A stretch of DNA of 63,308 nucleotides, filler included. It is 6 parts of 6 records of this genome, joined end to end, with 100 filler letters (N's around TTAATTAATTAA, not from the genome) between each part and the next. Parts side by side here need not be neighbours in the genome. Positions count along the whole stretch, not along the records: positions 1 to 19,073 come from SRR20825010_2793; positions 19,174 to 27,427 come from SRR20825010_2794; positions 27,528 to 47,597 come from SRR20825010_2811; 3 more parts are not named here. One strand, given 5' to 3'. Both the position numbers and the translations under genes were made by a program. The notes under the pieces were generated by a model. It saw only the letters and a program-made list of their open reading frames with translations. It searched no databases and was not told where the DNA came from. This document shows positions 19,025 through 28,974 of this stretch, piece after piece. The stretch's first letter is position 1; each line of letters begins with the position of its first letter.

Positions 19025-19072
19025 TTACAAATCAGAAAGTGTATATCTGATAGTTGCTTGGTAAAGACCAGC
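19025..19072 (-). CDS. 3' end of a truncated gene, probably a pilin-like (major) subunit
   Basis: Hand translation ...AGLYQATIRYTLSDL*, a G-x-Y-initiated terminal beta strand, followed by a terminator; cut by the contig end; not in the ORF track. Confidence 0.5.
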   Translation of the reverse strand, partial: AGLYQATIRYTLSDL

Positions 19073-19073
19073 T

Positions 19074-19173
19074 NNNNNNNNNNNNNNNNNNNNNNNNNNN
19101 NNNNNNNNNNNNNNNNNTTAATTAATTAANNNNNNNNNNNNNNNNNNNNNNNNNNNNNNNNNNNNNNNNNNNN
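19074..19173. other. artificial contig spacer
   Basis: 44 N + TTAATTAATTAA (stops in all six frames) + 44 N. Confidence 0.99.
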
Positions 19174-19320
19174 TTTGCATTGATTGTGCCCATGACCATG
19201 TGGATGGCCCCTGTGGGCGCACGCATGGCCAACGCCACCACGGCAGCGCGCCTGAAACTGGCGTTTGCATTTTTTCTGTTCATCACCGCCGTGCGCATGT
19301 TTTACGGCGTGTTGGCCTAA
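19174..19320 (+). CDS. C-terminus of a sulfite exporter TauE/SafE (TSUP) family protein, truncated
   Basis: Hand translation FALIVPMTMWMAPVGARMANATTAARLKLAFAFFLFITAVRMFYGVLA*. Confidence 0.75.
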   Translation, partial: FALIVPMTMWMAPVGARMANATTAARLKLAFAFFLFITAVRMFYGVLA

Positions 19321-19345
19321 GCAATACAAGGGAGTTAATAAAACA

Positions 19346-20938
19346 ATGATTCACACCAAACGCGCACTTGGCGGCGTATTTGTAGCGCCCCACCACTTGG
19401 CCGCACAGGCTGGCCGCGATGTATTGAAAGAAGGTGGCAACGCGGCAGAAGCCATGATCGCCGCAGCCGCTGCCATTGCTGTGGTGTACCCGCACATGAA
19501 CTCGATTGGTGGCGACGGTTTTTGGTTGCTCAGCGAACCGGGCAAAGCACCAGTGGGTATTGATGCCTGCGGAAAAGCTGCAGCAAAAGCCACGCGTGCT
19601 TTTTACACCGAACAGGGGTTCGACGCCATTCCCAACCGTGGACCGTTGGCTGCGCTCACAGCCGCAGGAACAGTAGGTGGCTGGATCAAGGCACACGAAG
19701 TGGCCACGAAATGGGGCGGTAAATTGCCCTTGAGCCGTTTGCTGGAAGACGCTGTAGGGCATGCACGCAATGGCGTGGCAGTCAGCAGCAGCCAGGAACG
19801 TTTAACCCGCGTGAAGTTCGATGAGCTTTCAACTGCACCCGGTTTTGCGGAACATTTGTTGATGGATGGAAAAGTACCGCTTGAAGGCAGCGTGTTGAAG
19901 CAAGCCACATTGGGCGACACCCTTGCACGCATGGGCCAAGTTGGGCTGGACGATTTTTACCGCGGTGAACTGGCCCAAGCCATGGCTGAAGATTTAGCCC
20001 GCGTAGGCAGCCCGTTAACGCTGGCTGACCTGAACAATCACCACGCGCAATTTGTAACACCACTTCAAACCGAGCTGAACAACAGCACGATTTACAACAT
20101 GATACCGCCCACGCAGGGCATGGCCTCGCTGATGATTCTTGGCATGTTCGACACGCTGAAAGTGCAACACGCCGACGGGTTTGATTACCTGCACGGCATG
20201 GTGGAAAGTACCAAGCAAGCCTTTCTGGTGCGCGACCGCTATTGCACCGACCCCGCCTACATGACCGTGAACCCCAGTGATTTTCTGACCCGCGAAGCCT
20301 TGGCCGAGCGTGCAAAAAAAATCGACATGAAACAAGCGCTTGCCTGGCCGCAAGACCCCTGGCAAGGCGACACCATCTGGATGGGTTGCATCGACAGCGA
20401 AGGCCGCACGGCCAGCTTTATTCAAAGCGTGTTCTGGGAATTTGGTTCGGGCGTGGTGTGCCCTTCAACAGGCGTGATGTGGCAAAACCGGGGCATCAGT
20501 TTTTCATTGAAAGAAGACGCACTGCACCGCCTTGAGCCGGGCCGCAAACCCTTCCACACATTGAACCCGGCCATGGCGCGTTTTAAAGACGGCCGCAGCA
20601 TGGTGTACGGCACCATGGGCGGTGAGGGCCAGCCGCAAACTCAAGCTGCAGTATTCAGCCGGTATGCGCTTTTCAATCAGCCATTGCAAACATCGGTAAC
20701 AGCACCGCGCTGGCTGTTAGGTCGCACTTGGGGCGAGCAAAGTACGAGCTTGAAACTGGAAAGCAGGTTTGATGAAAAACTGGTTCAGCAACTGCGAGAT
20801 GCAGGCCATGTACTGGAAGTGTTGCCAGAGGCCTTCAGCGACACCATGGGCCATGCCGGTGCAGTGGTGCGCCACCCCAACGGCATGATGGAAGGCGCGG
20901 CCGACCCACGTTCGGATGGATCAGTGGCATGCGTTTAG
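19346..20938 (+). CDS. gamma-glutamyltransferase-family Ntn hydrolase (HpxW-like subgroup)
   Basis: GGNAAEA, SIGGDGF, GDT nucleophile site, FGSG, QNRG, PFHTLNP, GTMGGEGQPQ, AADPRSDG; ATG 19346 follows GGGAG RBS. Confidence 0.9.
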   Translation: MIHTKRALGGVFVAPHHLAAQAGRDVLKEGGNAAEAMIAAAAAIAVVYPHMNSIGGDGFWLLSEPGKAPVGIDACGKAAAKATRAFYTEQGFDAIPNRGPLAALTAAGTVGGWIKAHEVATKWGGKLPLSRLLEDAVGHARNGVAVSSSQERLTRVKFDELSTAPGFAEHLLMDGKVPLEGSVLKQATLGDTLARMGQVGLDDFYRGELAQAMAEDLARVGSPLTLADLNNHHAQFVTPLQTELNNSTIYNMIPPTQGMASLMILGMFDTLKVQHADGFDYLHGMVESTKQAFLVRDRYCTDPAYMTVNPSDFLTREALAERAKKIDMKQALAWPQDPWQGDTIWMGCIDSEGRTASFIQSVFWEFGSGVVCPSTGVMWQNRGISFSLKEDALHRLEPGRKPFHTLNPAMARFKDGRSMVYGTMGGEGQPQTQAAVFSRYALFNQPLQTSVTAPRWLLGRTWGEQSTSLKLESRFDEKLVQQLRDAGHVLEVLPEAFSDTMGHAGAVVRHPNGMMEGAADPRSDGSVACV

Positions 20939-21855
20939 CGGCAGGTAAGCCCAAGCCAAGCCTCGTAACCACCTTCCATTGCAATGGCCTGCCGGTAACC
21001 GTGCTCACGCAACAAGCCAGCCACATGGCTTGCGCTGACATCATCGGGACAAGCGCACATGGTCACGATCAAATCTGATTTGGACCATGCGCGGGCTGCA
21101 GTCAGGGCACTGTCTGCATTGGCGGGCAACCAGCCAGCCAAGGGTTCCGCCTCTTGCACAACGGCGGGCCGCAGATCAATCAAACGCAAACTTGAATGCC
21201 CTGCTTTCACCAAACCAAGTACGTCTTCGGGATGTATTTTCGGTGTTTTCAAACGCGATTGAAAGGCGTCGCGGCGGGCCAGTTTCCACATCAACCAAAA
21301 ACTGCAAATCAATGCAACCAGCACACCAACGATGAACAAGTTGTCTTGCAGGGTTTGAAATATACGATTGACCTGTTCCTTGAACAACCAGCCTGCCAAC
21401 AAGGCCGCCATGGCCCACAAAAATGCACCCAGAGCAGACGCAAGGGTGAAACTGAGAATGGGCATTTTTACCGCACCAGCAATGGGTGGAGCCACGGTAG
21501 AAAACCCGGGAATGAACTTGGCCACCACCAAGGACCAAGGCCCCCACAGGCGAAAACGTGATTCGGTTTGGCTAACACACGATTCCGGGTTGATGGACAA
21601 TTTGCACAACACCGACAGCACCCGATAACCGTAGAAGCGCCCGGCGATGTACCAGGCCCAATCTGCAATCAGGGACGCAAACGTAGCCACCAAAGCCAGC
21701 ACAAAAATACCCGACGCCTCGCCCGACAAACTGGCCGACAAAATCATGGTGGGAACGGCGGGCACAGGGGCACCCAACTGCTGTAAAAGCACGTTGAAAA
21801 ACACCAATACTTCCGTGGTTTCAAACAAAGACATGATGGGCATCCGCCGTAACAC
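20935..21855 (-). CDS. DedA/VTT-domain membrane protein fused to a rhodanese-like domain
   Basis: QLGAPVPA, AKFIPGFSTVAPP (DedA); C-terminal IDLR...CACP...MEGGYEAW; start probably ~21834-21843. Confidence 0.88.
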   Translation of the reverse strand: MLRRMPIMSLFETTEVLVFFNVLLQQLGAPVPAVPTMILSASLSGEASGIFVLALVATFASLIADWAWYIAGRFYGYRVLSVLCKLSINPESCVSQTESRFRLWGPWSLVVAKFIPGFSTVAPPIAGAVKMPILSFTLASALGAFLWAMAALLAGWLFKEQVNRIFQTLQDNLFIVGVLVALICSFWLMWKLARRDAFQSRLKTPKIHPEDVLGLVKAGHSSLRLIDLRPAVVQEAEPLAGWLPANADSALTAARAWSKSDLIVTMCACPDDVSASHVAGLLREHGYRQAIAMEGGYEAWLGLTCR

Positions 21856-22015
21856 ACAGCGACAAATCGCGTGTGCGTTGATATGGGGACATCATAAGCA
21901 CTTTCCAATGACTGCCGTTTTAATTAGAGGTATTGCTCTTAAAACAACCGTGCCATATGCCATGAAGTGTTGGTAATCTAATAATTCCAGTTCACAACAT
22001 GAAGGAGTACGGACC

Positions 22016-22300
22016 ATGGCAGATCTTGAACACTACAAGGCCAAACTGAATGCTCAACTGGACGAGTGGAAAGCCGATCTCGACAAAATGAGGGCAAAAG
22101 CGGACGGCAAGTCCGCCGATGCCAGAAAAGAAATGAACGAATCAATTGAAGCGCTAGAATCCAAACTTGAGCAAGGTCGTTCAAAACTTGAAGAACTGAG
22201 GGGCTCCAGCACCGAAGCGTTTGAAAGCATGATGACAGGCGCAAACAAGGCGTGGGACAGCATCAAAGAGGCCTTCGACAAGGCCAAATCGAAGTTCTGA
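22016..22300 (+). CDS. small coiled-coil protein (sll1863-like family)
   Basis: KLNAQLDEWKA...AWDSIKEAFDKAKSKF; RBS AAGGAG. Confidence 0.8.
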   Translation: MADLEHYKAKLNAQLDEWKADLDKMRAKADGKSADARKEMNESIEALESKLEQGRSKLEELRGSSTEAFESMMTGANKAWDSIKEAFDKAKSKF

Positions 22301-22367
22301 GTGGTTTCAAAAACAAGGCCACGATGTTTTAGCACCGTGGCCTTGATTCAATCACAACCATTCAACC

Positions 22368-23729
22368 TCAGGGCGCGGGTGCACTCGAAAAATCAAAGTT
22401 GTTGGTAATCCGCTCCCGAGGTGCTTCCACGGTGCCAACAAACCCTGGATCAAAGTTGGCTGGCGCGGTTTGCTCAACAGGTGCCGCATCCACTGGCTCG
22501 GCAACAGCCACCACCGTGTACTGCCCTTCGACCGCAGTATCAATCGCATAGTTGAAGGTACCGTTTGGTGTGTACGGGGCCACCTCTGGCGCATCCACGG
22601 TCAGCAATTCGAACAGATACGGGGCGGTAGTGCCCATGCCAGTTACATTGCCACCGGCATCAAAAGTTTCAAACGACAACTGCGCGGAATCGATCACCAC
22701 CGTGGTTCCCACGGACAAGGTCTGGGTTATGTCCACAAAGGTAGCCGGCTTGGTTTCGTCGGTGTTGGTCACGGTGCCATCGGCATCGCCCTCCACTGTA
22801 GCTGGCACCAGCACGATTTCGTTTTCATCCACGGCTGTGGTCGAATCAGGATCCAGATTCACCAGCACGCCGTCGGGAACCACCACATCAGTAACCACCT
22901 TGGTGATAAAACCCTGTGCGGTTACAACCAGATCATAGGTACCGGGTGGCACTTGCGAAAGGATGAAATTGCCGTTTTCGTCCAGATTGGTGGATTCAAT
23001 CGGTGCTGTAGAACGAAATACTTCGCCGTTTTGCTGCAAGGAAACACTGACACCTTCAGGCACTTGGGCATCGGCAACTGAACCACGCACACCCGATGAA
23101 AGGCGGGGAATGGCGCTTAACACTGGTTTCAGCAGAAAGTTGCCCGATCCACCAGCCTCGACCACTGACTTGCAAGCATCAAAATCGATCAACAGGTCAG
23201 CAACCTGGCCTTCCGCCACATCAATACCCACATTGATTTTTACGCCACTTTGCTGGCCACTTGGTGTTTTAAGGTCTTCGGCACCACCGGCGCTGAACAC
23301 CACATGGTTGGGCGCACGCGTGGGATCAGCGTCAGGATCAAAATCAATGTCGGCGGGATCCGCGGTTGCGTTGTCCACCAACACAAAGCGAACTTGCTGC
23401 ACACGACCAACTGGCAAGGTGACCTCGCCCAATTCCTCAATAACGCCGTTCTGCAAATTCAGCAAATCGATTTGACGCGGGCGATCAAGCACCACTTCTG
23501 ACCAGCCACTGCCATCAGGTTCTGCGCTGGCGCTGTTGTTTACACGAATGCGATCGACCGTTACAAAAACATTGTCGTAACCACAGGCCGGTGCATCCGT
23601 CATGGCTGTGCGCAGTGCGCCTGTCCCCCCGGAATCACCCCCGCCTCCGCCGCAGGCCGCTACAAACAAGGCGGCACAGGTGGCCGCCAGGGTTGATCGA
23701 ATGAAGTTTTTCCTTGTTGTCATCATCAT
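22368..23729 (-). CDS. DUF4382-domain lipoprotein with carboxypeptidase-regulatory-like domain
   Basis: Lipobox VAAC-GGGG; MTDAPACG, IDLLNLQNG, LKTPSGQQSG, DFDACKS, LKPV motifs. Confidence 0.88.
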   Translation of the reverse strand: MMMTTRKNFIRSTLAATCAALFVAACGGGGGDSGGTGALRTAMTDAPACGYDNVFVTVDRIRVNNSASAEPDGSGWSEVVLDRPRQIDLLNLQNGVIEELGEVTLPVGRVQQVRFVLVDNATADPADIDFDPDADPTRAPNHVVFSAGGAEDLKTPSGQQSGVKINVGIDVAEGQVADLLIDFDACKSVVEAGGSGNFLLKPVLSAIPRLSSGVRGSVADAQVPEGVSVSLQQNGEVFRSTAPIESTNLDENGNFILSQVPPGTYDLVVTAQGFITKVVTDVVVPDGVLVNLDPDSTTAVDENEIVLVPATVEGDADGTVTNTDETKPATFVDITQTLSVGTTVVIDSAQLSFETFDAGGNVTGMGTTAPYLFELLTVDAPEVAPYTPNGTFNYAIDTAVEGQYTVVAVAEPVDAAPVEQTAPANFDPGFVGTVEAPRERITNNFDFSSAPAP

Positions 23730-23843
23730 CTCCTTGAAAGCCCGACCATAAAAATTCTATGAAAATTCGGGCGACTTACACCTAACGGATACTAGGCATG
23801 GAGGGTATACACGGCAAGTTCGGAACACGAACTCTTTTGCACA

Positions 23844-23910
23844 ATAGAAAAAAACTATTTTAATTATTTTTCAATAATATTTTGCAATCGCACAATTTTT
23901 TGGTTAGAAT
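23844..23910 (+). promoter_or_regulatory. OxyR-type binding site and sigma-70 promoter of ahpC
   Basis: ATAG-N7-CTAT-N7-ATTT-N7-ATAT (23844-23880) abutting -35 TTGCAA (23882), 17-bp spacer, -10 TAGAAT (23905). Confidence 0.75.
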
Positions 23911-23961
23911 CTGCTTCGAATTAATTTACTAACTGTTCATTAACTTTTTGGAGGACTTCAA

Positions 23962-24525
23962 ATGTCTCTGATCAACACCACAATCAAGCCTTTCAAAGCC
24001 ACTGCCTTCTGGAACGGCAAAGAAATCAACCTGACCGAAGCCGATGTAATGGGCAAGTGGTCCGTGTTCTTCTTCTACCCAGCCGACTTCACATTCGTGT
24101 GCCCCACTGAATTGGGCGACCTGGCTGACCAGTACGAAGAACTGAAAGCCATGGGCGTTGAAGTGTTCTCCGTGTCTACCGACACACACTACACACACAA
24201 AGCCTGGGCCGATGCCACCGAAACAATTGGCAAAATCCGCTTCCCGATGATCGGTGACCCCACAGGTCAAATTACGCGCAACTTCGGCGTGATGATCGAA
24301 GAAGAAGGTTTGGCATTGCGCGGTACATTCGTACTCGACCCACAGGGCGTGATCAAGGTAATGGAAGTTCACGACCTGGGCATTGGCCGTGACGCATCTG
24401 AACTGAAGCGCAAGATTCAAGCCGCTCAGTACATTGCCAAGAACCCTGGCCAGGCTTGCCCAGCCAAGTGGAAGGAAGGCGACGCCGCTTTGACTCCATC
24501 ACTGGACCTGGTTGGCAAGATCTAA
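23962..24525 (+). CDS. ahpC: alkyl hydroperoxide reductase subunit C
   Basis: [26 protein letters not shown]. Confidence 0.98.
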   Translation: MSLINTTIKPFKATAFWNGKEINLTEADVMGKWSVFFFYPADFTFVCPTELGDLADQYEELKAMGVEVFSVSTDTHYTHKAWADATETIGKIRFPMIGDPTGQITRNFGVMIEEEGLALRGTFVLDPQGVIKVMEVHDLGIGRDASELKRKIQAAQYIAKNPGQACPAKWKEGDAALTPSLDLVGKI

Positions 24526-24586
24526 GGAAAAAATCCGCTCCCCACAAGGGAGCGGTTTCAATCAAAGAATATCTCCGGAGTACCCC

Positions 24587-26167
24587 ATGCTCGACGCAAA
24601 CATCAAGCAACAACTGAAGACCTATCTGCAGATGCTACGGCACCCCATTGAATTGGTGGCCTCGCTGGACAACAGCGACAAAGCGCGCGATATGGAACAG
24701 CTGGTGCAAGAAATCGCAGAGTGTTCAAACCAGGTTTCAGTGCGCCTTGATGGCGACTACAACCTGCGCCCCTCCTTCTCTATCGCCAAACAGGGCGAAG
24801 AAGGCCGAGTGCGTTTTGCCGGTTTGCCCATGGGTCATGAATTTACATCGCTCTTGCTGGGTCTGCTGCATGTTGGCGGCCATCCACCCAAGGTGGAAGC
24901 AGACATTATTGAACAAATCAAGGGTTTGCAGGCGCCTGCAAATGGTGGTCATTTTGAAACCGTGATTTCCTTGAGCTGCCACAACTGCCCCGATGTTGTT
25001 CAGGCATTCAACACCATTGCCGCATTGAACCCAGCCTTTAGCCACACCATGATTGATGGCGGCATGTTCCAGCCACTCGTGGAACAACGCAAGGTAATGG
25101 CGGTGCCTACCGTGTTTCAAGGAACCAATCGGGCAACCGGCAACAGCACTGAAAGTTTTGGTTCTGGCCGCATGACCCTGGAAGAAATTGTTGCGAAACT
25201 GGACACCGGCGCAGCTGAAAAAGACGCCGCCAAACTGAATGCCAAAGGCGAATTTGATGTGCTGATTGTGGGTGGAGGCCCCGCTGGTGCAGCGGCTGCA
25301 ATTTATGCCGCACGCAAAGGCGTAAAAACAGGCGTTTTGACTGAACGTTTTGGTGGCCAGGTATTGGACACGCTCGGCATTGAAAACTTCATTTCCGTGA
25401 AAGAAACAGAAGGTCCAAAACTGGTGGCCGCACTGGAACAACACGTCAAGGAATACGACATCGACGTGATGAGCCTGCAGCGTGCAAAAGCCCTGCAGAA
25501 ACTTGCCGATGGCAAGGTTGAAGTTGAACTGGAAAACGGCGCGAAACTGACCAGCAAAAGCATAATTTTAAGCACTGGCGCACGCTGGCGCGAAATGAAT
25601 GTGCCCGGTGAGGCCGAGTACCGCAACAAAGGCGTGGCCTACTGCCCGCACTGCGACGGCCCATTGTACAAAGGCAAGCGCGTTGCGGTTATTGGTGGTG
25701 GCAACAGCGGTGTTGAAGCCGCCATTGACCTGGCCGGCATTGTGAAAGAAGTCACCTTGTTTGAATTCGACACCAAGCTGAAAGCCGATGCTGTATTGCA
25801 GAAAAAACTGTACAGCCTGCCCAATGTGAAAGTGATTTTGAACGCACTGACCACCGAGGTAAACGGCGACGGCACGAAAGTTTACGGCTTAAGTTACAAA
25901 GACCGCACCACCGATGAAGTGAAGCAGATTGAACTGGAAGGCATTTTTGTTCAAATCGGCTTGCTGCCAAACACCGACTGGCTGAAAGGCACACTGGAGT
26001 TGAGCAAGCATGGTGAAATTGTGGTGGACCACAAAGGCCACACCAGCATGGAAGGCGTGTTCGCTGCAGGCGACTGCACCACAGCGCCGTACAAGCAGAT
26101 CATCATCGCCATGGGTGAAGGTGCAAACGCATCCCTGGCCGCATTCGACCATTTGATTCGACAATAA
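24587..26167 (+). CDS. ahpF: alkyl hydroperoxide reductase subunit F
   Basis: [14 protein letters not shown] start after GGAG; CHNC and CPHCDG redox motifs; GGGPAG and GGGNSG. Confidence 0.97.
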   Translation: MLDANIKQQLKTYLQMLRHPIELVASLDNSDKARDMEQLVQEIAECSNQVSVRLDGDYNLRPSFSIAKQGEEGRVRFAGLPMGHEFTSLLLGLLHVGGHPPKVEADIIEQIKGLQAPANGGHFETVISLSCHNCPDVVQAFNTIAALNPAFSHTMIDGGMFQPLVEQRKVMAVPTVFQGTNRATGNSTESFGSGRMTLEEIVAKLDTGAAEKDAAKLNAKGEFDVLIVGGGPAGAAAAIYAARKGVKTGVLTERFGGQVLDTLGIENFISVKETEGPKLVAALEQHVKEYDIDVMSLQRAKALQKLADGKVEVELENGAKLTSKSIILSTGARWREMNVPGEAEYRNKGVAYCPHCDGPLYKGKRVAVIGGGNSGVEAAIDLAGIVKEVTLFEFDTKLKADAVLQKKLYSLPNVKVILNALTTEVNGDGTKVYGLSYKDRTTDEVKQIELEGIFVQIGLLPNTDWLKGTLELSKHGEIVVDHKGHTSMEGVFAAGDCTTAPYKQIIIAMGEGANASLAAFDHLIRQ

Positions 26168-26206
26168 AACAAAGGCCAGAACCTGGGCAGGTTCTGGCCT
26201 TTGTTT
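26167..26206. terminator. bidirectional terminator between ahpF and the globin gene
   Basis: 19-bp inverted repeat AAACAAAGGCCAGAACCTG-GG-CAGGTTCTGGCCTTTGTTT. Confidence 0.85.
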
Positions 26207-26573
26207 ATTGGTGAACAATCTCGGCTTTCATCCCGTACGCGATGGCCAGCAGCTCCGCTTGTTCGCGCGCGCCTACACCGTGTTTTGTGAGCGCAGCCAG
26301 AATGTCGTCCAGCACGGCAACGAACTCGGCTTCTGCCACATTCATCCCCGTGTGCGCCGCCAACATGGACATTCCGTCGTAGGTCTGCGGCCCACCAGTG
26401 CCTTGGCAAATCAGGGCAGTCACCAGGCGAATCAGCTCTTCATCACTTTTCTTGGCTTGGCTGTAACGCGGACTAATTACAGGGTTGTTCTGGTGATTTT
26501 TTAGAATGTCGGCCACAAAGGCTTTTATCTTTACTTCACCGCCCAAACGCTCGTACAAACTGGCTTCGCTCAT
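26205..26573 (-). CDS. group I truncated haemoglobin
   Basis: SLYERLGG, TGGP.TY.G.SM.AAH.GM motifs; start MSEASL after GGGAG. Confidence 0.9.
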   Translation of the reverse strand: MSEASLYERLGGEVKIKAFVADILKNHQNNPVISPRYSQAKKSDEELIRLVTALICQGTGGPQTYDGMSMLAAHTGMNVAEAEFVAVLDDILAALTKHGVGAREQAELLAIAYGMKAEIVHQ

Positions 26574-26736
26574 GTCTCTCTCCCTTTTGTGATTCCTGCC
26601 CGTTAAGTCTTTGCACCCATGAAGTATTTCACCCAATAATAGTTATCACAACACAGCTGTTTAATGCAGTGATTCGCAAGCGTTTTCAAGCATCTCTGCT
26701 ACAGTCGAAATTATCTGCTAATCATCACGACAAACC

Positions 26737-27141
26737 ATGAAATTGTCTACTGCCATTTTGATCTTGACCGCCTGCCTGCCACTGTTGGGCCAGGCACAAG
26801 ACAACGACAAAGAAGCGCTTCGCCACTGCCTCGCCACCGAACAAGAGGGCTTGTCGCGTTTTAAAAACCTGGAAAAACGTGCCGATGAACTTCGAGGCAC
26901 CGAAAAACTGCTGCTGGAGCGCCGCGCCATACTGGTGAAAGACAAACGCGCCATGGATTCAGGCAAAACTGACCCGGAAAAAGTGGCGAAATACAACGAA
27001 GCCATCAGCGTGTTCAATGCCCAAAGCGATCGACTCAATGCCGACAAAGACAAATTCGAAGCAGATTTTCAGACGTACGAAAACTGGATGAACACCACCC
27101 TGAAACCTGCATGCAACAGCGGCTTGGCACAACCCCAGTGA
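26737..27141 (+). CDS. hypothetical secreted coiled-coil protein
   Basis: Signal peptide, helical body, two Cys in the mature part. Confidence 0.65.
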   Translation: MKLSTAILILTACLPLLGQAQDNDKEALRHCLATEQEGLSRFKNLEKRADELRGTEKLLLERRAILVKDKRAMDSGKTDPEKVAKYNEAISVFNAQSDRLNADKDKFEADFQTYENWMNTTLKPACNSGLAQPQ

Positions 27142-27240
27142 AATTCCGCACCCAAGCCCGAACGCTGTATGCGAAATTTACTACACAAACGTTGATTGTG
27201 TTCGCGCTTTTTCTCAACACACACACAACAACTCTGCCGC

Positions 27241-27427
27241 ATGACCTCCGATCCAGCAGTAACTGATGAAAATCGTATCAACACCCTTCTAGCCGGCCCC
27301 ATGCTGCGTCGCATGCAATGCGACCGCATCACCTTGTGGCTTGCAACGTCCAAACCCGTTCACTGGCGCTTGTCCCTGTTCCCAAACGGACACGATTCAC
27401 AGGTTCATGAACTTCGAAGCCATTGCC
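27241..27427 (+). CDS. N-terminus of a PhoD-like metallophosphatase-family protein, truncated
   Basis: LLAGPMLRR...ITLWL motif; runs into the spacer. Confidence 0.6.
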
Positions 27428-27527
27428 NNNNNNNNNNNNNNNNNNNNNNNNNNNNNNNNNNNNNNNNNNNNTTAATTAATTAANNNNNNNNNNNNNNNNN
27501 NNNNNNNNNNNNNNNNNNNNNNNNNNN
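27428..27527. other. artificial contig spacer
   Basis: N44-TTAATTAATTAA-N44. Confidence 0.99.
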
Positions 27528-27709
27528 TGCGGAATGAAACCATAGTTGCAGGGGTAGCGCATGCTGGTGTGCATGATACGGTCCACAAACAGCGCGCCCG
27601 ATTCTTTATCCAGCTCATATTTCACAGGCTCGGTGCCCACAGGCACTTCGATGATGACATTCACGTCCCACGGTGCGTTTTCGCCAACGGAGATTTTTCT
27701 GATATCCAT
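27528..27709 (-). CDS. ppa: inorganic pyrophosphatase, truncated
   Basis: [25 protein letters not shown]...YPCNYGFIP. Confidence 0.95.
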
Positions 27710-27797
27710 GGATATGCGTCCTTTAATACAGCCGGAGCTTTCGCCTGCGGCTTACTCAAAAATCGCACAAACAAAGCGGGGTTGGACGCCGGGGAGG

Positions 27798-28772
27798 CTA
27801 CTGGATCACTTGCCCTAAAATAAGGGCGAAAAACACAATCCAGCCAAACGCGATGTTCGAGCGGAAAACTTCCAAACAGACGGCTGCATCATCAATATTG
27901 GTGCGCCGAACCTGTGCGCCGAGGTGAAGCCCCGCAAACGCGATGCCGATGTAATAGATAAATCCCAGCTTTGCAAGGATTCCGGCACCTATAAGCCCAA
28001 TTATAAAAAGACTGTAAAATATGATAAGCGCCGGTTTGGTGCGCGCGCCGAGCGTGAGGGCTGTGGACTTCACGCCGATGAGCGCATCGTCTTCCTTGTC
28101 CTGGTGCGCATAAACCGTGTCATACCCCAGCGTCCAGAATAACGCACCGAAGTAGAGGATGAGCGGGGCGGCGGAAAGCTCACCCTTCAGCGTGGCCCAG
28201 CCCATCAGCGCACCCCAGTTGAAGGTGAGGCCCAGCCACGCCTGCGGCCAGCCGGTGATACGCTTCATAAAGGGGTATATGGCCACCATCACCAAGGAGC
28301 CAAGGCCCACCATGATAGCGAACTCACCAAGCTGCAACAGCACCACAAGGCCGATAAGGCACTGGAGGATGAGGAACCCCCACGCGCCCTTCAGGCTCAC
28401 CTCTCCCGCCGGAATTGGCCGTGATTTGGTGCGTTCAACCGCGCCGTCAAAATCCCGGTCGACAATATCATTATAGGTGCAGCCCGCGCCGCGCATGGCC
28501 AGCGCCCCAATGGCGAACAGCGCCAGCAGATAGAGGTGGGTGAGCATGAAACCACTGTCCGCCGCCAGCGCGAGCGACCACCAGCATGGCCACAACAGAA
28601 GCCACGCCCCCACGGGCCGGTCAAGCCGGGCGAGCTTCAGGTAGGGCCGCATGGCCGCAGGCGCCTGCCGATAGACAAAGCTGCCTTCCACCGCATCAGC
28701 GGTTTTCACCACATCTTTCGAGTTGTTCCAGAACATGGGTTTGGGCGTACGGTGAGGGCGTGCCGATGTCAA
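27798..28772 (-). CDS. ubiA: 4-hydroxybenzoate polyprenyltransferase
   Basis: LARLDRPVG, NDIVDRDFD, YPFMKR, YDTVYAHQDKEDD; start may be ATG 28736. Confidence 0.95.
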   Translation of the reverse strand: MTSARPHRTPKPMFWNNSKDVVKTADAVEGSFVYRQAPAAMRPYLKLARLDRPVGAWLLLWPCWWSLALAADSGFMLTHLYLLALFAIGALAMRGAGCTYNDIVDRDFDGAVERTKSRPIPAGEVSLKGAWGFLILQCLIGLVVLLQLGEFAIMVGLGSLVMVAIYPFMKRITGWPQAWLGLTFNWGALMGWATLKGELSAAPLILYFGALFWTLGYDTVYAHQDKEDDALIGVKSTALTLGARTKPALIIFYSLFIIGLIGAGILAKLGFIYYIGIAFAGLHLGAQVRRTNIDDAAVCLEVFRSNIAFGWIVFFALILGQVIQ

Positions 28773-28974
28773 GAAAATGCCGCGACCCCCGTGCCGAGGC
28801 GGCAGGATAGTAAAACAATCGCCGTTATGTTAAATTGTCTATGGGGGTGTAGAAGTTCCGCATACGTACGTTGGCTTGCCGCGCACGACACCGCCCTGTC
28901 TGATTCACATTTGTTTTGAGGAGTGTAATGGAAAACTCTCCGGTGCCACACCGGAAGGGAATGGGGGAAAATAC

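Noticed and set aside
19118-19129. Recurring TTAATTAATTAA palindrome (five copies)
   Set aside because: Always centred in N-runs; a six-frame stop linker added during concatenation, not biological
24512-24586. ahpC/ahpF overlap implied by the ORF track
   Set aside because: The conserved AhpF N-terminus begins at ATG 24587; the interval holds an ordinary intergenic hairpin
23844-26573. ahpCF plus truncated haemoglobin as a novel stress island
   Set aside because: OxyR-controlled ahpCF is standard, and the globin is convergent and separated by a terminator, so there is no evidence of co-regulation
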